From NCBI GenBank assembly GCA_023461435.1, contig JAEYLC010000031.1:23126-87125 (forward strand): a DNA stretch of 64,000 nt. Direction: 5' to 3'. Of this stretch, positions 16,815 to 25,285 are shown in pieces. How positions within the stretch are numbered: position 1 is the first letter of the stretch; each line of letters begins with the position of its first letter. This DNA is from Bacillota bacterium (GTDB taxonomy: Bacteria > Bacillota > Clostridia > Christensenellales > SZUA-584). The position numbers were made by a program, and so were the translations under genes. The notes under the pieces are model-generated. The model saw nothing but the letters and a program-made list of their open reading frames with translations, was not told the DNA's origin and ran no database searches.

Positions 16815-17525
16815 TTGACGGAGCCGTTAACCGTCCGAATAGAACAGACGATACTCGATCAAATGCGGATTGCGGAGTACAGTGTGGTGTGCCGCTTTTG
16901 CAGCCGCCGCAACGAGGTATACCGGATTCACGCGAGCCGTGACGATGGCTCTGTTTTGGATTTCGTTTATAAGGTGTATATCGCGGGCCATATAGAAACC
17001 GAATATCATTATTTGCACCAAACGCAGGGTGTGGGGACGCCCAAGGTGTTGGCCAAGGGAAAAAACGCGCTGTGCCTTGAATGCATAGACGGGCAACTGC
17101 TGATCGAAAGGCTTGAGGAAGCGGAAAAAACGAACGAGCCTTTTTATCCGTATCTGGATATGCTGATCGATTTTCTGGCGCGGTTTTACGAGGCGCTGCC
17201 CGGCTATGTTTACGGCGATATCAATCTGCGCAATTTTATCATCGCGCAGGACGGGCTATACGGCATTGACCTTGAAGAGACAAAACACGGGAATATCGCT
17301 GCCGATATCGGCAGGACCGCCGCGTATCTTCTGACGTACGATCCAGCCAACACGCCATACAAGAAGGACATCGCGGACTATTTTATTAACGCGGGTGCTG
17401 ATAGATTTTCAATCAGCAAAAGCGAGATCATGGACAATATGCGCATGGAGCTCGATTATATGAGGGTCCGACGGCAGTTGAGAGACGAAAGAGCACGCCC
17501 GACTGCTCTGGACAAAGAAGCATAA
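16815..17525 (+). CDS. protein-kinase-like fold protein (APH/RIO/Kdo-kinase-like), function unknown
   Basis: TTG start 5 nt after GAGGTGAG. The catalytic-loop-like YGDINLRNFIIAQDGLYGIDLEE (D..N.N...ID.E) is typical of small-molecule or atypical kinases. Confidence 0.55.
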   Translation: MTEPLTVRIEQTILDQMRIAEYSVVCRFCSRRNEVYRIHASRDDGSVLDFVYKVYIAGHIETEYHYLHQTQGVGTPKVLAKGKNALCLECIDGQLLIERLEEAEKTNEPFYPYLDMLIDFLARFYEALPGYVYGDINLRNFIIAQDGLYGIDLEETKHGNIAADIGRTAAYLLTYDPANTPYKKDIADYFINAGADRFSISKSEIMDNMRMELDYMRVRRQLRDERARPTALDKEA

Positions 17526-17541
17526 TATACATTACGCAAAT

Positions 17542-17558
17542 CCAAGGTCCTTGGTTTT
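17542..17558 (+). terminator. short intrinsic terminator after the kinase-like gene
   Basis: CCAAG-gtc-CTTGG followed by TTTT. The stem is short, so confidence is moderate. Confidence 0.45.
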
Positions 17559-17716
17559 CAAGGATCAGGCTGCTGACAATATCTTAAATAATTTCGATCG
17601 GGCTTTAGCGAAAAGACTACATAGCGGAGTGAGGCCCTACGTCCCTGAGCAAAAACCATGGAATTCGATCCACTGCGCGGCGGAACATATCAAAGGCAGG
17701 AGTATTCCACAAAGTT

Positions 17717-17744
17717 AAAGCGCCGGACAAAAGCCCGACGCTTT
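17717..17744 (-). terminator. terminator-like hairpin downstream of the large surface-protein gene
   Basis: AAAGCGCCGG-acaaaagc-CCGACGCTTT, with 9 of 10 pairs, flanked by A/T runs. It lies 29 nt beyond the stop of the minus-strand gene. Confidence 0.45.
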
Positions 17745-17772
17745 AGCGAACAGTGTGTTTTGCTCAATAAGC

Positions 17773-20700
17773 CTATTTGACAGTCACCGTGCATGAAACG
17801 GTATGACCGTTGCTCGTCGTCGCGGTGACGACGGCGGTGCCCGGCGATACTCCTTTCACGCGCCCCTTGGCATCAACGGTCACAATTGCCGAATTGCCGC
17901 TGGACCATGTGACGGTCTTGAAGTCCGTGTTCTTGGGCAATACTGTGGCCCTGAGCGAGGCTGTCTTTCCCGTTTTGAGCGTCAGCGTTTGTTTGGACAT
18001 CTTGACGCCCGTCGGGTATATCGGGGTGACTGTGACCGTGCAGCTTGCCGTGACGCCGCTGCCATCCTTCGCGGTGCATGTGATAACGGCTGTGCCGCCC
18101 GCTTTGCCGGTCACCACGCCCGCGCTCGACACGGAGGCCACCTTGGAATTGCTGGACTTCCATGCTATCTTCTTGTTGCTCGCGGTGACGGGGGCGGCTG
18201 AAGCGGTGAGCTTCAGCTTCTGAGTCCGCGCAATGGTCGCGGTGCTCACATTCAGCGATATGGACGCAACGGGCTGTTTGACGGTGATGGTCTTTTTGAT
18301 CGTTGTGGTCTTGGTTTTCACCTTTCCCTTTTTGTCAGTGGTTTGATACACGATCTTCGTGATGATCGTCGCTTTGCCGCCCGCAAGGAACGTGACGGTG
18401 CCGCCCGAATCCACCGACGCCACACTTGGGTTGCTTGAAGAGTAAGTCACCGACACAACCGTATAACCCTTGGGTGCCGCCGGAGGAACAATGGTCAAAG
18501 CCGTTCCCGCATTCGCTCTGGACGGCAGCTTTTTGGCCGCGATATTGCCCATATGCTTTGGCTGCCCGACCGCCACGGAGCATGTCGCCGTATTGGCCGG
18601 ATTTTGCGCGTCGCGCGCGGCTGCCGTGTACGTGCCCGCGGCGAGACCGCCGAATTGCGCCGAGCTTTGCCAGCTTGTGCCACCATTCAAGGAATATTCA
18701 TACGAACCGCTGTCTCCGCCCGATGCCGTGATCCCGACGGAACCGTTCGAAGCGCCGTAAATGGACACATCTATCTTGCTGCAACCGATGCCCACTGGTG
18801 TGGCGGCAGCGAACTGTGCCGTGTAAGAGGCGCTGCTCAGCGCGGTGAACGTATAGACTGAGCTCCTTGATACCTCCATACCGCTCTTTTTCCAGCAGAC
18901 GAAGCAGTATTTCGGTTTGGGTGTTGCCGTCAGTGTGACGGTAGCGCCTTTGTCGTACCTGCCGCCGCCCGTCGCTGTCCCGTATGAAGAATTGCTGGGC
19001 AAAGCCGTAATGACAAACTGCTGCGTCTGTACGGTGACATTGCATGTTTGCGTTGTGGTCTCTGCCGTTTGCTTGCCTGTTGCCGTATTGTCGGTGTTGG
19101 TCACCGCACAGTAGTAATACAGTGTGCCGATCGTATCGGTCGGAGCGCTGTAGGCAGCGGAACTCGCACCTGAAATCAGCGTACCGTTGGTGTTGTTGTC
19201 TTCGGTATTCTTATACCACTGATAGGACAGCGTGCCTTGGCTCACATTCGCGGTCACTGTCAGATCGGCTGATCCGCCTTCGGACACCGTGATGCTCTGC
19301 GGCTGGCCCGTGATCTGCGGCGCCTCGGCATCGACCGCGGCTTCCGTCGCATCAAACGAGTAACTGGCCGTCAGTGTGCCGCTTGTGCGATTTGAGATAA
19401 GCGCCGTATGCCCGTTAATAGTCACCGTCACGCCGTCTGTAAACACATATCCGGCCTTTGCGGTGAGTGTGACGCTGGCCTTATAAACCGTGCCAAAGCC
19501 AAACGGGTTGTCCGCTGGCTCCCAGGTGACAGCGGAGGCCGTGACGCTGTCGGCCGTGACGGATGCTGTTGTATCGGGGGTTCCTTTTGCCGTCGGCGCG
19601 TCGATACCCGTGACCGCCACGCCGGTTATCGGCTCCGGTTCCGTCGCATCAAAAGTGTAGCTCGCAATAAGCGTACCACCGGCGCCCGGCTCGACGTCAG
19701 CCGTCTCCCCGTTGATGGTTACCGTCGCATTGAGGTCAAATTCAAAGCCGGTCTGCGCGGTCAGCGTGACGCTCGCGGTATAGGCCGTATGATATCCGAA
19801 TGCCGTGACATCGGGTTCCCATGTGACCTCGGATGCCGTGACGCCCTGGGGAGAAACCAAGGCCGTTTTATCGGGTGTGTTTCCGGCCGCGGGTGCGGTA
19901 ATATCCGTCACCTCTACTTTTGTGATCAGCTCCGGTTCCGTCGCGTCAAATGTGTAGCTGGCGGTCAGCGAGCCGTTGGTGTTGAGAACTGGCTGTACCG
20001 TATGCCCGTTGATGGTCACTGTTGTTTCGGCTGTAAACGCATAGCCGGGTTGAGGGTACAGCTTGACGCTTGCGGTGTACACGGTATGATAGCCGAATGA
20101 TGAGACGGACGGCGTCCATGTGACAGCGGATGCCGTTACGTTCCCGGTTTCAACGGTTGCCGTCGTGTCAGGAGGGCTTCCTGCCACCGGCACGTCAATG
20201 CCTGTCACCGTCGCGCTGCTGATTTCTGTGGGAGGGACTGCAGTTTGCTTATAGAGGTACATTGTTTTGGCATTGGTGTCGTTCGAAGCGACGGCAAAAT
20301 AGTACGGATTGCTCCCAGTCTGATACAAGTAATACGTGCTGGAAGAGCCTTTAATCTTAATCACATGATTGGTGCTGTCATATTGCCAATCGGTGTTGGC
20401 CGAGCCGTCATCAGTCGTTTTCAGAGAGATTATGTCCCCGCCCCCGCTCGGCCGGGTCAAAAAGTTGCTCCCGTTTTTCACGTTATAGCCGTTGCCGTCA
20501 GTGGTGAACGTCCATAGCATGTTGGAGCTGATATCTTGTGAATTTATGATGCTGTCATTCACGGTGACGGCGGTGGCGGCAAGGTAGTTTGAATTGACGA
20601 CGCTTGCCGTCAGCGCATAATTTGTGGTGCCCACATCGACAATCACATATGTGCAGCCGCTCTCTATGCCCGTTGCATATTCATACGTATAGCGAGGGGC

Positions 20701-22656
20701 GGCTGCGGTTTTATCAAACGCGTATGTCACCGTCAAAGTGCCGTTGCTGTTGAGCGAAACGGTGTCCGTCGGCGCGCCGTTAACCGTCACGGCGGTCTCC
20801 GATGTGAACTCATAGGCGAATTGCGCCGATAATGTGATGCTTGCCGTATAGGCCGTATCGTATCCGAAGGGATTGGCGGCCGGGTTCCACGTGACGACGG
20901 CGGGGGTTATCACGCCCGTTGAAGCTGTGGACGCGCTCGTATCCGGCGCCGCGCCCGCGGCCGGCTCATCAACGCCGGTGATATCGATCCGGTCAATCGC
21001 AATCGGATTGGACACGATCAGTTTATAAAGATAGATGCTGTTGCTCGCGTTAGTCCCGTAGGTGAAAAAATTCGTATCCCCGGACGATGTCTGGTAGAGG
21101 AACAAATCACCCTGACCGGTGCTGGTTACGTTGAGGTTATGCGTTGTGCTGTTATATTTCCAATCCGTATATGCGGCGCCTTCATCTTCTGTATCGAGAT
21201 ATACGCTGCCGGTCGTGCCGGTTAATCGATGGAGGATGCTGCCGCCGTTTTTTACATTATAGCCGTTTCCGTCCGTGGTCAGTTCCCAGACCATACTGTC
21301 GTCCACATCGCCAGGGTCTAGTGTGCCGCCGCTAACGGCCACGGGGCTGCACATCAAAAAATCCGTGTCGCCGATTGTCACGGGGGAGGTGGTCAAGGCA
21401 TAGGCATCGGTTTCCGATTTGTCGACGATCACATATCTGGCGCCGCTTTCAATGCTTAGCGCATATTCATATGTGACGCTGCCTGCGTCGCCGGAAGTGA
21501 CTCTGACCCTTGCCGCCGCACTCGTGACCGAAGCAGTATCCCCGTCCTTTAAGTTGGTAATCTGGCAATAGTAATTTTTTATTCCGGGGGTTTGCGTCGG
21601 CGCCGAGAAAACGGGTGAATTTTCTCCGATCGGCGTCCCGCCAATGCTGTCGCTGTTGTCATCCTGATACCACTGATAGGAGAGCGACCCGCCGTCGCTG
21701 ACGGTCGCATCCACGGAAAGGGACGCGTCTTCGCCAACGCCGACGGAGACATCCTGCGGCGGCGTATTGATTGTGGGCTTCTCCGCTATAAACGTGGTAT
21801 CCACGGTCACGTTATATTCGGATCCGGTCGAGCCGCTTAAATTCTTGTATTGGAAGTTAAGAACCGTGTCTGTGCCGTTTTTCGTCATTGTCAGGAGTAC
21901 GCCGGCAGCGTTATTAACCGCGGCATAGATTGACCCCATATTGACATATGTAAAATGGATAGCAGCCGGAGCCAGACCCGCGGCGCACTGAATCGTATCA
22001 CCGTCCTTTTTGACCGTTCCGTATCCCGGGTCGCTCAGCGTATGGTTGTGTCCCCATAGCACAATCGCGTTGGGATATTTATTGAGCCTTTGGACTAATT
22101 CCGGCGCGTTGGCGGTTGTTCTGGATTCATAGTAATGCAGCGGATAGTGAGACACGACGATGATCGGCTTCGACGGATCAATCTGCGAGAGAGCGGTATC
22201 GAGCGCTTCAATCTTATCCATAGAGATGATCTGGTTTATCGTTGTTGTATCAAGATCTAAAGCATAGATCGCGTAATCGTCGCCGTCGTACACAAGCCCG
22301 CTGTCGTAGGTGCCTGTCAAATCATGATTTCCTCTGGCCTTAACGACCGGGACGTCATTGAAGATGCTCTTCGCCATGGATGCGCATGACGCCGCCACTT
22401 CAGCGGCATTCGCATCGGTTCTGTATGTAAAATCCCCTCCGAATATCATATGGTTGAGCGTTGACGTACCCTCATGAAGAGCGGTCAGCCAATCCTCCAG
22501 GTCTTCAGTTCTGTCGTGGACATCAGATGTGATCAGGATGGAAACGGGTGGGGGGCTGTCGGCAAATGCCACTGCCGGCAACAGGCCAAAAATGAGCATT
22601 ATCGACATTATGAAGGCTAATACTCTGGCTGCGGATCTGCATTTCCTCGTTTTCAT
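17773..22656 (-). CDS. giant secreted multi-domain protein: N-terminal calcineurin-like metallophosphoesterase followed by Ig-like, repeat and Big_2 domains
   Basis: 1627-aa ORF with AGGAGG RBS and signal peptide (VLAFIMSIMLIFGLLPAVAFA). Phosphoesterase motifs are TSDVHD, GGDFTY, RGNHD and WGHNH. After these come two I-set-like Ig domains (LSYQWY...YYC), a duplicated unknown module, four repeats of about 99 aa, an InlB-B-repeat-like segment, a SprB-like repeat and four C-terminal Big_2-like domains (TVTWSSGNSAIVTVDAKGRVKGVSPGTAVVTATT). I saw no LPXTG, SLH or choline-binding anchor. Confidence 0.9.
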   Translation of the reverse strand: MKTRKCRSAARVLAFIMSIMLIFGLLPAVAFADSPPPVSILITSDVHDRTEDLEDWLTALHEGTSTLNHMIFGGDFTYRTDANAAEVAASCASMAKSIFNDVPVVKARGNHDLTGTYDSGLVYDGDDYAIYALDLDTTTINQIISMDKIEALDTALSQIDPSKPIIVVSHYPLHYYESRTTANAPELVQRLNKYPNAIVLWGHNHTLSDPGYGTVKKDGDTIQCAAGLAPAAIHFTYVNMGSIYAAVNNAAGVLLTMTKNGTDTVLNFQYKNLSGSTGSEYNVTVDTTFIAEKPTINTPPQDVSVGVGEDASLSVDATVSDGGSLSYQWYQDDNSDSIGGTPIGENSPVFSAPTQTPGIKNYYCQITNLKDGDTASVTSAAARVRVTSGDAGSVTYEYALSIESGARYVIVDKSETDAYALTTSPVTIGDTDFLMCSPVAVSGGTLDPGDVDDSMVWELTTDGNGYNVKNGGSILHRLTGTTGSVYLDTEDEGAAYTDWKYNSTTHNLNVTSTGQGDLFLYQTSSGDTNFFTYGTNASNSIYLYKLIVSNPIAIDRIDITGVDEPAAGAAPDTSASTASTGVITPAVVTWNPAANPFGYDTAYTASITLSAQFAYEFTSETAVTVNGAPTDTVSLNSNGTLTVTYAFDKTAAAPRYTYEYATGIESGCTYVIVDVGTTNYALTASVVNSNYLAATAVTVNDSIINSQDISSNMLWTFTTDGNGYNVKNGSNFLTRPSGGGDIISLKTTDDGSANTDWQYDSTNHVIKIKGSSSTYYLYQTGSNPYYFAVASNDTNAKTMYLYKQTAVPPTEISSATVTGIDVPVAGSPPDTTATVETGNVTASAVTWTPSVSSFGYHTVYTASVKLYPQPGYAFTAETTVTINGHTVQPVLNTNGSLTASYTFDATEPELITKVEVTDITAPAAGNTPDKTALVSPQGVTASEVTWEPDVTAFGYHTAYTASVTLTAQTGFEFDLNATVTINGETADVEPGAGGTLIASYTFDATEPEPITGVAVTGIDAPTAKGTPDTTASVTADSVTASAVTWEPADNPFGFGTVYKASVTLTAKAGYVFTDGVTVTINGHTALISNRTSGTLTASYSFDATEAAVDAEAPQITGQPQSITVSEGGSADLTVTANVSQGTLSYQWYKNTEDNNTNGTLISGASSAAYSAPTDTIGTLYYYCAVTNTDNTATGKQTAETTTQTCNVTVQTQQFVITALPSNSSYGTATGGGRYDKGATVTLTATPKPKYCFVCWKKSGMEVSRSSVYTFTALSSASYTAQFAAATPVGIGCSKIDVSIYGASNGSVGITASGGDSGSYEYSLNGGTSWQSSAQFGGLAAGTYTAAARDAQNPANTATCSVAVGQPKHMGNIAAKKLPSRANAGTALTIVPPAAPKGYTVVSVTYSSSNPSVASVDSGGTVTFLAGGKATIITKIVYQTTDKKGKVKTKTTTIKKTITVKQPVASISLNVSTATIARTQKLKLTASAAPVTASNKKIAWKSSNSKVASVSSAGVVTGKAGGTAVITCTAKDGSGVTASCTVTVTPIYPTGVKMSKQTLTLKTGKTASLRATVLPKNTDFKTVTWSSGNSAIVTVDAKGRVKGVSPGTAVVTATTSNGHTVSCTVTVK
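19330..20226 (-). repeat. three tandem 297-bp (99-aa) intragenic repeats, with a fourth diverged copy near 20700-21000
   Basis: The block CTCCGGTTCCGTCGC(A/G)TCAAA..TGTAGCT recurs at 19633 and 19930, and its shorter core TTCCGTCGCATCAAA recurs at 19342, giving a spacing of 297 nt. At protein level the units end ...SYTFDATEPE. Confidence 0.8.
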
Positions 22657-23123
22657 ATGATTCCTCCTAATATTTTTTTAAGCAAGCCAATAACACGCAC
22701 AATAAAACCCAACAAAAAACCAGGGCTATGCGTCGTTATTCGTCAGCCTTGTTTTCCCCAACAATCTACTTTTTGACCGGGCTTCTCAGAGTGTCCAAGC
22801 TTTGGACAGGTGAAAGTCAATATGATTCGGTGGATGAATGGTTGTCGTTTTTTATTCTTTGCTGTTTCACGCTGTAACTAATATAATTGTCCATACTTAA
22901 AAAATCAATTGAAGAAAATGTAAAAAGATAGACAGTATTGATTTATTATGTATAAAAAGTGGTTATATGTTTGAATTGCATGATAATTTATACATTTTCG
23001 GCAGCCATCTTAAAAATATAGAGTTGACGGCCACCGATAAATCTCCCCGGCAGGAGACGGATAATGTTTACTAATGATGGCCTTAATAGTATGATGAGAT
23101 AGAAAGAACAAGGAGATAACTTC

Positions 23124-24488
23124 ATGGCGACGACACGGATCGAAAATGCGAAGGCGATTGTCACAGCGGATCAAAACGACTCGATTATCTGCGACGGCAG
23201 CATATTCATTGACGATAATGTGATTAAATATATCGGAAAAGAAAAAAAGCAAGCGGATCATGTGATAGACGCCAGGGGCTGTTACATCTACCCGGGGCTC
23301 ATCAATACGCATCATCATCTGTATCAGACGTTCACAAGAAATCTGCCGCAGGTGCAGAATATGGAGCTGTTTGATTGGCTGGTCACGCTCTATGAGATAT
23401 GGAGAGGGCTTAACAACGACTGCATTTACTACAGCACGCTGGCGGGCGTCGGCGAGCTTGCCAAATACGGATGCACAACGTGTATGGACCATCATTACGT
23501 GTTCCCGAAAACCGGCTCCGATGAATTCATCGATCAGCAGTTTCGGGCGGCCGATCAGATCGGCGTGCGTTTTCACGCGACGCGCGGCAGTATGTCGAGA
23601 GGCAAAAGCGACGGAGGGCTGCCGCCGGACGATCTGGTTCAGAGCGTCGACAAGATTTTGAGCGACAGCGAACGTCTCGTGAAAAAATACCACGATACTT
23701 CAAAATTTGCGATGCATGAGGTTTCGCTCGCGCCATGTTCCCCGTTCAGCGTGACGACCGAGCTGCTGAAGGAATCGGCAGTGCTGGCCCGGCGCCTTGG
23801 CGTGCGCCTGCATACGCACCTGTGCGAAACGAAGGATGAGGAGAGGTACTGCCTTGAAACGGTGGGGATGCGCCCGCTCGACTATATGGGAGAATGCGGC
23901 TGGGTCGGGCCGGATGTCTGGTACGCGCACGGGATCCACTTTAACGATGAAGAGCTCAAGCTTCTCGCCGAGACGGGTACCGGCATCGCGCATTGTCCTG
24001 TTTCGAATATGAAGCTCGCGTCCGGCGTGTGCCGGATACCCGATATGCTTGCCCTCGGAGTGCCTGTGGGGCTTGCGGTGGACGGCAGCGCGAGCAACGA
24101 TTGCTCCAACCTGATGGCCGAGATCCGGTCGTCCTATCTTGTGAACAGGCTGACGTACAGCAACAAAGCGCCGACGGGCTACGATATATTGAAGCTCGCG
24201 ACAGTCGGCAGCGCAAAACTGCTCGGCCGCGACGATATCGGCTCGCTTGAGGTGGGCAAAGCGGCGGACCTTTTCATGATCGATGTCGATATTTTGGAGC
24301 TGGCGGGCACACACCTCGATCCGGCAGGCCTGCTCGGTACTGTCGGGTACTCTCGTCCCGCCAAAATGGTGATGGCAAACGGCAAAGTCATCGTGAGGGA
24401 CGGGCAGCTCACGGGCATCGATGAAAAGCAGGTTTTTGAAAAATCCAACGCGCTTGTCGACACCATGCTGAGGAAGGCCTTGCGCTGA
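23124..24488 (+). CDS. amidohydrolase-superfamily deaminase, 8-oxoguanine deaminase/AtzB-like
   Basis: 454 aa with AAGGAG RBS. It has GLINTHHHLYQTFTRNLP (H.H metal motif), LFDWL..LYEIW, HTHLCET and AVDGSASND. Family-level confidence is high; the substrate is not established. Confidence 0.8.
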   Translation: MATTRIENAKAIVTADQNDSIICDGSIFIDDNVIKYIGKEKKQADHVIDARGCYIYPGLINTHHHLYQTFTRNLPQVQNMELFDWLVTLYEIWRGLNNDCIYYSTLAGVGELAKYGCTTCMDHHYVFPKTGSDEFIDQQFRAADQIGVRFHATRGSMSRGKSDGGLPPDDLVQSVDKILSDSERLVKKYHDTSKFAMHEVSLAPCSPFSVTTELLKESAVLARRLGVRLHTHLCETKDEERYCLETVGMRPLDYMGECGWVGPDVWYAHGIHFNDEELKLLAETGTGIAHCPVSNMKLASGVCRIPDMLALGVPVGLAVDGSASNDCSNLMAEIRSSYLVNRLTYSNKAPTGYDILKLATVGSAKLLGRDDIGSLEVGKAADLFMIDVDILELAGTHLDPAGLLGTVGYSRPAKMVMANGKVIVRDGQLTGIDEKQVFEKSNALVDTMLRKALR

Positions 24489-24583
24489 GCGCTACCGAAC
24501 CGGCTGGGTACGGGAAGTGTGGAATGCGGCTCGTGACAAATATTGATTCATCTTAAAAGACAAACCAATCACGCCGATTGATG

Positions 24584-24612
24584 TTTTCACAGCCATATTG
24601 TCATGGTATAAT
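24584..24612 (+). promoter_or_regulatory. sigma-70-type promoter with extended -10
   Basis: TTTTCA (24584-89), a 17-nt spacer ending in TGg, then TATAAT (24607-12). It lies about 30 nt upstream of the cyclase-family gene. Confidence 0.5.
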
Positions 24613-24644
24613 GGCTTGGTACCGGGAAGAGGAGGGCAGACAAA

Positions 24645-25208
24645 ATGCTGACAGACATCACACTCGAGATCACGCCGGAAATGACGAAGGATGCGCAGGA
24701 AAACGAGAAAAAGGCGCTGTCCGGGCACTTGGGCACCCATTTTGACGTGATGAATAAGGTGTTTCCTTTGGAATACACCACGCGCAAGGCTGTCGTTTTT
24801 GACGTATCCGCGGTGAACGGCCGGGATATCGAATCGGCGGATATCGACATTGAGCTGATTGAAAAGGACATGTTTGTCGCTTTTTATACGGGCTTTATCG
24901 AGCGGGAGCCCTACGGCACCCCAGCCTATTTTTCAGAGCATCCGCAGCTTTCGGACAGGCTGATCGACGCGCTGCTGGAGCGCGGTATCTCCATGATCGG
25001 CATCGATTTTGCCGGAATCAGAAGAGGCCGTGAACACACACCTAAGGATCAGTACTGTGCGGACAGAGGCGTATTCATTATTGAAAATTTGTGCAACTTA
25101 AAATCGTTGACCGGAACTAAGCCATACGCCGCTTTCACGGCGAATACGTATCCGCTGCGGTGGGCGGGCATGACCGGTTTGCCGTGCAGGGTTATTGCGT
25201 CTTTTTAA
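24645..25208 (+). CDS. cyclase-family protein (kynurenine-formamidase-like metal hydrolase)
   Basis: 187 aa. HLGTHFDV matches the H.GTH.D motif of the putative-cyclase/arylformamidase family. GAGGAGGG RBS. Confidence 0.7.
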   Translation: MLTDITLEITPEMTKDAQENEKKALSGHLGTHFDVMNKVFPLEYTTRKAVVFDVSAVNGRDIESADIDIELIEKDMFVAFYTGFIEREPYGTPAYFSEHPQLSDRLIDALLERGISMIGIDFAGIRRGREHTPKDQYCADRGVFIIENLCNLKSLTGTKPYAAFTANTYPLRWAGMTGLPCRVIASF

Positions 25209-25285
25209 CACGGGCAAGTGATATTTTTACGGATTTTTGGATACTTAATGGTAATACATATTACAAACAATTTATGGAGGTAGCC

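Noticed and set aside
17803-21335. Plus-strand ORFs inside the giant minus-strand gene (17803-18223, 18426-18861, 19408-20100, 20245-20517 and others).
   Set aside because: They are antisense to a continuous 4.9-kb ORF with signal peptide, catalytic motifs and Ig-type domains. Their sequences are Arg/Cys/Gly-rich nonsense that mirrors the Thr/Ala/Val-rich sense strand.
22657-23123. Possible purine or other riboswitch in the 467-nt AT-rich region upstream of the deaminase-like gene.
   Set aside because: I found no conserved riboswitch blocks, only short hairpins (for example TCTCC-ccggca-GGAGA). The region is more simply a divergent promoter region for the surface-protein and amidohydrolase genes.
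24645-25285. A possible frameshifted fusion between the cyclase-family ORF and the overlapping 25160 ORF.
   Set aside because: The overlap comes only from the upstream extension of the glycerate-kinase ORF. The kinase has a good RBS and start at 25286, and the cyclase ORF ends cleanly at 25208.
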